In this document: positions 51,801 to 61,100 of the stretch, in pieces | How the letters are laid out: each line of letters starts with the position of its first letter | How positions within the stretch are numbered: position 1 is the first letter of the stretch | Source of the DNA: Amoebophrya sp. A120 | Taxonomy: Eukaryota > Protista > Dinoflagellata | Direction of reading: 5' to 3' | NCBI GenBank assembly: GCA_905178155.1 | Contig: CAJINV010000004.1 | Coordinates: 10,895,655 to 10,959,654 of the forward strand | DNA: 64,000 nt | Made by a program: the position numbers and the translations under genes | Notes under the pieces: model-generated | The model's input: the letters and a program-made list of their open reading frames with translations, nothing else | Told to the model about the DNA's origin: nothing | Database searches by the model: none

Positions 51801-54800
51801 GCCAAAAAGGAGAAGAAGCGGCAAAAGCAGCTCGAGCAAATGGGCAAACCCATCCCGAAGTCCGCATCGGTGTCCTTGCGTCGACCGGGGATGGACGGAC
51901 AGACGGTGATGGTACAAAAGGACGAGTTATGGATTGCAAAAATGTCTGGGTCTGGATGATTGCAACTTGTCATGCTAAATCTGAATCAGGCAAAAAACTG
52001 TGTTGCATGATTGCCAAAAGTGGCGCACTTTTGACCTAATCGAGAGGCAGTTTCTCATGCAGGATACGCATTAGAAAGGTCCTCCCGCAGAATCTGTCAT
52101 ACTATGTCCTACATATCAGACCTCATGGGTCATGGAAAACCTGCATGACAAGTCTGGCAATCTTTCAGACCCAGACAGTTTTGCAATCCATACGAGTACG
52201 AACTGAGCGATAACCAGAACAACCGCGTGTACGATTCCGGCGACCCGAACGAGGGCGAGGCCATGGAATACGTGCAGCAGCTGCAGATGCAGAACATGAT
52301 GATGCAACAGTCCTACGCGCACGTGATGCAGTCCATCACGGACGACGCGGCCGGGCTGGGCGGCACCGGGGCGGTGTTGGGACGGAAGATCTACAAGACG
52401 CGAATGTGTCGGTTCATGCACGAGAAGGGCTGGTGTCCGCACGGAGAAATCTGTACCTTCGCGCACAACGTCGAGGAGCTGCCGCCATCGTACAAGAGGG
52501 AGTTGTGTCAGGCGTTCCAGCTGCTGGGAACCTGTCAGCACGGGATCAATTGCAAATACGCACACGGTAAGTCGCGTCTTCTATCTCATATTGCAAGTTC
52601 GTTCTTGTGAATCAGCACTGCTAAGGCAGCAGTAGCAATCTCAAGTCAACTACTAAAGTCAAACGAACCTGGTGCTTAAGGCTTACAGAAATTAGTTCCT
52701 ACCCTTGTTCCCGAAAGCTTAGGTTTGAAAAAAATGGAGTTACAGATATTAGCTCTCAGGATTTCCGCCGCATCACGAAATTCTTGACGCAGCGAAGATC
52801 CTGGAAATAATTTCTGAAAGCTACCTGCGTAAGATTTGTCTTCTCACTGGTAATACCGATCTGGGCACAAATCTTATGCAGGTGACTTACAGAAATTAGT
52901 TCCCAGGATTTGCGTGCTGCGTCTCCAATCGCCTCACTTGGACACACTGATGTCAGTGTGTCCAAGTGAGGCGATTGGAGACACAACACGCAAATCCCAG
53001 GAGTGCATTTCTTTGAGGCACGAACGCTGAAGCTGTAGGCGCGCGAGTTCTGATGTGCTCTTACGGAAGAAAGCTCGCGCAGCAGCTTTTTCCTCCTGGC
53101 CTTCTACAAGTGTGCTGCTGAACACATGTACAGAGCGATCTGCTTTTTCTTCTAGGGAGAAGACGCAGCTTCTGCTAGAAGAAGAAGCAGCTTCTTCTAG
53201 AAGCTGCGTTTTCTAGAAGAAAAAAAGTCTGCGTCTTCTACAGGAAGACCAGTCTTCTAGAAGAAGACAAAACTTCGTTGCGTAGGATTTGCAGTCAGGT
53301 CGGGATTACCGATCGAAATGCAGATCCTACGCAACCGACTTACAGAAATGAGTTCCCAGGATTTCTTCTAGAACAATCTCAAGGCGCCTCTGAGGCACCT
53401 TGAGACTCTAGAAGAAATCCTTTGAGAGTCTAAAAGAAATCCGTTGGATTTCTTTTAGACTCTAAAAGAAGTCTTCTTGACTTCTTCTTGTCCAAATGGG
53501 GTGATTGCAGAAAAAAAGCGGAAATCCTGGGAACTCATTTCTGTAAGTCCGTTGCGTAGGATTTGCACTCAGCTGGGGATTACCGGTCGAAACGCAGATC
53601 CTACGCAACCTACTTACAGAAATGGGCTCCCAGGGTCCCACATCCGAGAATTCCTCGGATGTGAGTTCACATCCGAGGACCTCCTGGATGTGAGCTGACA
53701 TCTTCCGAGAATTCCTCGGATGTCAGCTCACATCCGAGAACTTCGCGGATGTGAGATGTCAGAGAACTTTCACACGCAAAGTGCCAAAGTTTGGCCCCCT
53801 GCTCGTGAAAGTTCGATCCACGTGTCCAAACGAGGCGATTGTAGAAAAAAAGCGGAAATCCTGGGAACTAATTTCTGCAGTAGCAATCTCAAGTCAACTA
53901 CTAAAGTCAAACGAACCTGGTGCAGCTGCCTGGTTAGGTCCAAACTAAAAACTTCCCATCTCTTTGATACTTATAACATGTACCTGTAGCAGCTACAGCA
54001 GTTTCCAAACGCAAATCCAACATTTTTGCGGATGACCACATTACAATCAATGGAAAACAGGTGTTGCCGAGTTGCGTGGGCAGCGTACCGCCGCGGGCGG
54101 TAGATTCGTGGAGGAGGATGAGGACAAGATCATGTGCGAGGACGTGACCGGTTTTGGCGGTAATGCCGCCCCACCCGCACCCGCGCCTGGCGGTCTGGCA
54201 CCGCCAAGAGCGGATACCACGGGGCTGAGACGGCTCCCAGGTTCGGGAATCGACAGCACGAGCATGATTCCGGGCGCGATGAGCTCGGGCATAGGTAGCT
54301 CGATGATCCCCGGGGGCGGCGGGGGCATCGGCAGCGCGTTGCCGAAGGCGGGGTCGCTGCAGAGTCGGATCAACCGACCCATGGGGGTGGGCATCGCCTC
54401 CGGCATGCTGCCCTCGAGCATGGGCACGGGCGTGCCGCCGAGCGGGATCGCGAGCGGCATTTTGAGCGGGCTGGTGTCCCACGGAGCGCTAATCCCCAAC
54501 GCCGGGTTCAACGTTGGGATAAACACGAAGAAACCGGAGTTCGAGGGCAAAAACAACAAGGACGACGGTGACAAAAATGGAAGAGGACGCGGCGACCGCC
54601 GGGTGCGCAACGCGACGGACGACGTGCTGACCAAGGCGTACGAAGACGAGAAGGCCCGGGCGATGGGCGCAAAGTCCTTCTACGAGCAGGGCGGCATCGC
54701 GTCCGCCATCCGACCCGATTTGGCGTTCGGCAACCGGCAGTCCGAGCAGTCCAAGCGCGAGGCCCGGGGCAGGGAGCTCCGAGGCGAACGGCGAGACCGC

Positions 54801-55462
54801 GATCGGGATCGAGACCGCGACCGGGATCGCGATTACGACCGCGACTATGGGAGAGGAAGAGACAGATACAACGACGGTATCAATTCCTGTTTCATTCATG
54901 TTGATCGACAACTGTTTTCTGTAGTTGATGCATTTGCAGGTTGTAAGAACACTCATCTTAAAACTTAATCGATATGTGTATGTGGATCTTCAGCATTTTC
55001 GTTTTGGATGCGCGACATGCTGACCCCGAGCAATTCTGATTCCACTTCTCTACAAAAACAGGCATCGCATCGAGATCGGGGATCTCCTCTACCTACGGCC
55101 GACGAGACGGAGGTAAGACCACGAACAAGTTATTCCGTTCATCACTATTCTCGAAGAACGCGTATCAACAAGATTTCAATCTGCACTTCGAAAGTTTCGA
55201 TTTTGATGTTGCACCACGCAATGATCTATTTTTTTATGCACGGCATCATCATGCTTGAAAAAAAACAGGTTCCGGAAAATCCGGTACAATTTTTGTCGAC
55301 GACGAGCCGTTGCGGGAGGGTGGTCGCGATGTGCAGGAGCGCAGACGCGGGGGTATCAGCACACCGCAGATGGCGTCTGGTACGTATCACACCTTTGACG
55401 AGTTTGATCACAAGCGGAAGTACCACGACCCATTGGAGAAGCACTGGCGTCGAGGACGATAA
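48810..55462 (+). CDS. RS-rich tandem CCCH zinc-finger protein, paralogue 2 (~1,420 aa; start uncertain); exons 48810-50909, 51195-51927, 52198-52566, 54061-54876, 55062-55112, 55269-55462
   Basis: Collinear with paralogue 1 (FDPL.GL, ANKAREEFLK.AL, SIDFA.LMK, identical CCCH pair, same intron position in AH|GVAELRGQ). Two TIR elements and three GT-AG introns removed give one frame. Confidence 0.82.
50910..51189. mobile_element. TIR introner/MITE, family G (280 bp)
   Basis: TATCCTATGTAAAAACGTACCCACACCATAGT...ACTATGGTGTGGGTACGTTTTTACTCAGGATA. Direct repeat AAATG. Removal gives VKEM-QNIFYD. Confidence 0.93.
51928..52192. mobile_element. TIR introner/MITE, family A copy 4 (265 bp, inverted relative to copy 1)
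   Basis: TATGGATTGCAAAAATGTCTGGGTCTGGA...TTCAGACCCAGACAGTTTTGCAATCCATA. Direct repeat CGAGT. Removal gives QKDE-YELSDNQN, matching the uninterrupted paralogue QKDTYQLTDNQN. Confidence 0.94.
52629..53923. repeat. 1,201-bp multi-hairpin insertion (52676-53876) flanked by perfect 47-bp direct repeats (52629-52675, 53877-53923) inside GT-AG intron 52567-54060
   Basis: GCAGTAGCAATCTCAAGTCAACTACTAAAGTCAAACGAACCTGGTGC occurs twice. The interior is built from alternately inverted copies of ATCCTGGGAACT(A/C)ATTTCTGTAAG and other palindromes. The equivalent intron in paralogue 1 is only 176 bp. Confidence 0.85.
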
Positions 55463-56490
55463 AAAGAGACGTGCAAGCAGGTTGATTCAAACTGTTCAAA
55501 GAAAAGCGTGCTCGACGACACATAGCAGGAACAAGGCGACGACAATTTTTAAACTGATTGATGTTCTTTTACCAGGTGTAAAGCTAAAGGAAGTTGTGAC
55601 TTTTTCAAGAATACAGCAGTTGTCAAGCTTGAAGAACATCAAGAACCTTTGACAACACTTTACTTTAACTACCAAAAGTTAGTTGATCGGACATAAATTA
55701 AAAGCGACTCTTTTACTTTTTACCTCCACCGTTTCTAAGAAATCTTTGCTTTCGTGATTTCGCCCACCAAAAACTGTACTTCACTTTTGGCGCATGTGCT
55801 GTGAAACGACTTCTACCCGAAGTCTGGCCGGGAGGTGCTTGCAGAAAAAACGACTTGTTGATCCTGTTGTGAACAAGCACCGCTACAAACCATCTTGATT
55901 CTTTGTCTGTAATCTTGTTTGGATATGACTATCAGTGAAAAAGAAAAAAGAAAATAAGTAAAGCTTATGAGAGCATCAGCTCCTGCTATTGTTGCACCAC
56001 AAGGCGGCAGGACTGCAATTGCCAGCGCGACGATTTTGGTCTTCGTCTTCTTGTTGTTCCTCCAGATCTCTTTTGCCGCATTGGAAACAGGTTGCTATCG
56101 TGAAAATTTGTGCTTTTGCCCTTTCTCTCCTGTCTCTGTTAGTTTATCCAGCATCCTCATTTGAACACAGCTTGCTTTCCATGTGAAACGCGAAGATCTA
56201 TCAAGACCCTGTTCCTCCCTCTTTCCTGCATCGCTTTCCTACGAAAGAGCTGATGCCGCGCAAACCGTTATAGTAGTTTTAACACTTATTTTTCAACAAA
56301 CGAAACAACAACGAAAGCCTGCATCTATTCGATTGTCAGGCCATGGCTACGTGAGTGGCGGGTAGAAGTAGTACCATATAGTTTTTCACTTGTTGATGTT
56401 TTTGTTTGGTCTAGTAGACTGTCAGATAGAAGATAACGCTATTTGACCTTTATTGTCCCTTCGATAAAAACACAAACTTCCCGAGCCAAA

Positions 56491-59291
56491 ATGTCCGAAG
56501 TCCGCCGGTTTCTCCTGGACCTCGGCCGTGAAATGGGCCGCACGGAGCAGCAGATGGAGCCGATGATTGCGAAACTCGAGGATCAATGGTATGACACGCT
56601 AGATTCTCTGCGAGCAGTCACGGATTGGTCGGCGTTGGGATTGCCGCAGAGGTTGGTCGATACGATGAAGGAGCGACTCGGGGTTGGTAGTGCCGGAGCC
56701 GCAGTAGTTGTCACCGGAACCAGCCCGGCAAGCTCATCCAGGGGCCCCATGCAAGCAGGTGGTCCAGCACAACCGGGGAAAGGGATTAGCCCGGTAGAAT
56801 AATACTAACGCCGCATGCTTTTGCTTTGTTGTGTAGTTTTCCGCGAGCAGCAACTGATGTTGTAGTTGTTGAACTTGAAACAGATAGAGATTGTGATTGA
56901 TACAGGATGTGGATAACACCCATGATGATGATTCGAGTACTTGATAGTTCCATTTGAATGAGTTGTGTGACAATTCAACTGGTATTGTTGCTGTTGGAGC
57001 GCGCAGGAGAAGATGCTATTTGAAAACAGCCCCGCGCGGCAGCGCAGCAGCAACAGCCGCCGCCTTCTAAAGCCAACGCGTCCTCCTGGGATCTCGCGCC
57101 CGAGGAGATCGCGTTCCAGGGGGTCGATGTGGAAGCCGTGGCGGCTCGGCTCATGAGCCTGGCGAGCGGGGAAGAGTTGAGTACGTGCGTCATGACCTTG
57201 GTCAAGCTCCTTGATGCGGTCCTGAAGTCTCCACAAGACGAAAGCAAGCGCAGCATCAACCTGGGCAACGAGAACTTTCACAAAAGGGTATTGTGCGTTG
57301 TTGATCATTTGTCCAATAGCAAAAGTAATCAACAAGAACCTTCGTATGATGTTACCTATGATACTAGAAAGTCCTACGTTCTTTCTGTCGCAGCTTGTTC
57401 CGCTTTTGTGACATTTGCATGCGGGAGGTCCTCGCTGCAGGAGCACCAGCAGCACAATTATAATCAATAGAAAAAAAATTAATTGCATATTATCAAAGGT
57501 CGGGCGCTTCCCTGCGGCAGTCGAATTTCTCGAGGGTGTTGGATTCCGAAGGGACCCTTCCGGCAGTAAGATTGTGATGGAGAAGGCGTACATCTCGCGA
57601 CTGACAGACGCGAGGCAAATTCTGGCGCAAGTGAGCAGCCGCAATGGCCTGCAGATCCAACTGCCGCCCATACCAATGAATTTCAACCCCTTTGTGTCGT
57701 CTGTATCCACCACGGCTGGGTCTTCGGCAGGAGGCCCACAGGGCCGGGCGGCTGAGAAAAGTATTTTAGAAGTCTTAGAAGGAGCAAGGCTGATGCTTCT
57801 CCTGATGATGATGTCGATGTCGTGTTTTCGTACACCTATCAAACTAACAACTACCAAAAAATGCTAAATGCGTGTCTGCGAATAGGTCAAACCCGATATT
57901 ATTGGAAGGTTTTTGGCTACTATTCTCTTCTCGGTTCATCTTGGTCTTCAAGGCCGTGTTTCCCCGTTTCGACACATAAAAAATCAAATCAGGAACCCAA
58001 GAGGCCGCGCAGCTTCAGGAGGAACTGTCACGGAAGCGACAGCAGCTGGAAGCGATGGACAAACCGGATAATTCAGTGGACGACTCAGTCCCGCGGTTTC
58101 TCCTGGGACCACCAAAACTCTGCTGGACTCAGGATCTAGGTTTGTTTTTGTATAATACGGGAGAAGTTTCATCACAATCACTCAATCATGTTCATGTGGT
58201 TTACGGGATGCAGCGTGAAGATTTCTGCATGATGGCGAATTGAGTCGTAAAGTATTTGTCTACGGACCACTTTTGCGTAGTTTTAGTACGCATCTTTATT
58301 CAGGTTCCCTGAAAGACGCGATTCGTGACAGCGCACTGGATTTCGTCGGTGAAGACGAAAATGACGAGGATATCGTTCGCGATCTGGTCCGCGGCATGCA
58401 GGGCACCGGCGCGGGGCAGTTTAAGGCAAGGGAAAAATCAGAACTGGCCGAGTTCCAGCGGAAAAAAGTCTACCAGGTCGTGCTGATTCGGGTTTTGTTT
58501 CCCAACAAAATGATCTTGGAGATCAAGTGCAAGCCGAATGAAACGGTATAGAGCAGGATGAGTTTTGCTTTATCGATGGGCCCCTCGTCGTCCAGCCGAA
58601 TTTACTGTGCACGGCAGCGTCGATGGGATCTTCGACTAAGAACTGCGTGGCAGTCGTTCTGCCGAACCGTCGGTACTGCAACAACATGGCAAACTCTTTT
58701 TACAAATCTCACATTTCGATGAACTCGATGTCGATGAAACCGTATTTCTATTTTTAGGTCCGCGCCCTGTACGCCAAAGTCGGTTCCGTGTTGCAGCTGC
58801 AGCCCGATACAGACTTTTACCTCTACGACACCCCGCCCATCCGCAAGCTCACCGTCCAAAGCCGCAAAACCCTGGCTGCTGAGGGCCTCGCCCCCGGGAG
58901 TAACCTGCACCTCGGGCTGCATCCGACGTCCCAACGGCTGCAGGACTACCAGCGGGATTTTTTGAAAAAGCGCGAGCTTCCGACCGTCGGGGCGAAGCGG
59001 CCGATGCAGGCGAGCCATCAGACCGTCGCGCAAGCACCGCTGCCTATGGACGCGAAGTTTTACCTCAAAGGGGAGTGGTTTTCCAAGTTACCTCCGGAAC
59101 CACTGCTGGACGCATCCCTGGGTGCGTCCAGCTCGTCGTCCCACTGGACCCCCACGGCGAGTCACGCGACCTCGGTCGATCGCCGGGCCCAAAACATGGC
59201 GGCGGTGGCCGCGAGGACAGGAGCGGCGAACGGGGCACCGGGGAGCGGAAGTTCTTCTGGGAATACGTTGCTTCCCATGGATACGAGCTGA
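56491..59291 (+). CDS. PUB + UBX domain p97/Cdc48 adaptor with an N-terminal SAM-like segment, ~581 aa; exons 56491-56793, 57030-57287, 57499-57760, 57993-58139, 58304-58545, 58758-59291
   Basis: PUB: TLVKLLDAVLKSPQDESKRSINLGNENFHKR-VGRFPAAVEFLEGVGF. UBX: YQVVLIRVLFPNKMILEIKCKPNET-VRALY...FYLYDTPP...TLAAEGLAPGSNLH. Five GT-AG introns keep the frame. Confidence 0.82.
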
Positions 59292-59699
59292 TTGCTGAGC
59301 CTGAGCGGTCGGAAAATAGTGGCGTGGGTCAAAGAAGACTCCATAGACGACTCAGAGGCAACTTAGGGTAAAAATCGCAAAGGCTTTGAGTCGTTCCGCA
59401 CCGACAAGCTGTCGCAATTTTGTGAAAGGCGTAGACGTGACGCGTTGTATTAGCATGAAAAAAATATGTGACTGGACAAGCAAGAACGAATGACGTGCCA
59501 GACAACGAAGGGCCCTCAGCACTGGACCGAGCCACCTCCGTGGTGCAGTTTATTTTTTCTCCTGTGTGTGCGTTTGGGTTTGGGATTCGCATTCGGGGGA
59601 GGCGCGCTTCGGACTGTTCTATCGCGCACCACCCGCGAGACGGGGGGAGGAGGAAGGAAGTGTAGCTCCGCCCCCCTGCTCATCCTGCCTTTTGTAATG

Positions 59700-61100
59700 A
59701 GCGCCGACTGCATGTGAGTTGCAGCCGCTGGCAGCGGCCCGGAATCCGCAAAATCAAGAGGCTTGCAGCACGTTGGAACCCGCGGAACGGTGGGGCTGGC
59801 AGGATGCGACAGCCCAAAGCCTACAGCGGGCGCCCATCTCATGACACGGACCGCGGCGCCGCATGCCTCAGCTCGCAGGCCCTCCCTGCGCGCCGGGCGG
59901 GTAAAGAAGTGCCAGCGCCCGCCGGGGGTCGAAGGAATCGCAGAGCCCCCCCTGCGTCCGAGAAGTAAAGGAGCGCCGGGCGCCGTACTCCAACGCGCCG
60001 CGAGTGGCGGGGCAAGCGGACCCGTCGAAGCATGGCGAAGCACATGGCGCTGCGCGAAAAGGTCGCGGCGCGCCGGGCGCGCCCGGCCGAGCTCAGCCGG
60101 GGCGGGCATGCCGCCGCAGGCTGGGGGGCCCCCTCCCCCGACCAACGGGCGCGGGAGATGTTCCGAGGCGAGAAGTTGCGGAAAATTTGCAGGGCTTGTC
60201 ACATTACGCCGGAGCAGGCGCGCGCCCGCCGGACGGGCCAAGAGAAGACCACGACCGTCCTGGTGTAGGATGGGCTGGCAGGCATGTATCCCCGGGCGGA
60301 GCTGGTGGCGTGAGCGTGTGTGTGCGGCAGTATCGCGAGATGAAGGAAAGCGCGGCAGCCCAGTCGCGTGCCCGCCCGCATGCGGCCCGCTTCGCGCACT
60401 CTGGCCGCCAATTGAAGGCAAGCGGGCCGGGCGGGTTGGGGGCAGGTTCCGACCGGCACAGCCCCAGCAAAAAACCCGGCGGGCCCCCGTTGGCGTCCCG
60501 CGCGCCGTCGTTGTCGGAAGCCTGCCGCCAGGGGGGGGGACACACACTGGACCCGGCCGCCCGGCGTGACTCCGGTCCGTCCGCCCCCTGAAAGCCTCCG
60601 GCGGTTCCAGCGCTGCTGGTGCCCCCTGCTCCATCTGTGGAAGGGAAAGACGAGCAAGCTCGAGGAAGTCAAGAAAGAGGCGGAGTGCGCCGCTCGCGCT
60701 GCCTTGGATGGATGCCGGCCAGCCTGCCCCCCCGTTCTTATCTCCCCGGCCCGGGTTGTGCCCTGTTTCAAGCGGGCGCGTGCCCCCGCCCCCGTGTGGC
60801 CTCCGGCGGTCGCGGCGCTTCGCGCGCCTTTGCGCGGTGGATGTTTGTTGGCAAGAAAGAGGCGGGGGCAGCCGGGCCTCCTTTGCTCCTCGCGTGGCGC
60901 CGTTGCACCCGGCCGCGCCTCCCTGCGCCGGTCAGCCTCGTGGCCTCCCCCGCGCGCCCGCGCCCCCTATTTATTCAGCCCGTACCATGGGGGCGCTCGC
61001 GCCCGTTGCCTTCGCCGCCCTGGCGGCATTGTGAACGAATGCGGCCCCCGGGCTCGTTCCTATTTGGGCGGTGGCCGGGGCCCACCCGACCTGGTTGTGC
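59700..61100. other. GC-rich intergenic island 4
   Basis: Longest GC/CpG-rich block, followed by T-rich sequence and then the next gene. Boundaries approximate. Confidence 0.55.

Noticed and set aside
51926-52196. Apparent canonical GT...AG boundaries around element A4
   Set aside because: This splice would remove 271 nt and cause a frameshift with an almost immediate stop; the paralogue requires 270 nt.
52676-53876. Repeated palindromic units considered as a CRISPR array
   Set aside because: Units alternate in orientation, spacing is irregular, there are no unique spacers or cas genes, and the context is a eukaryotic intron.
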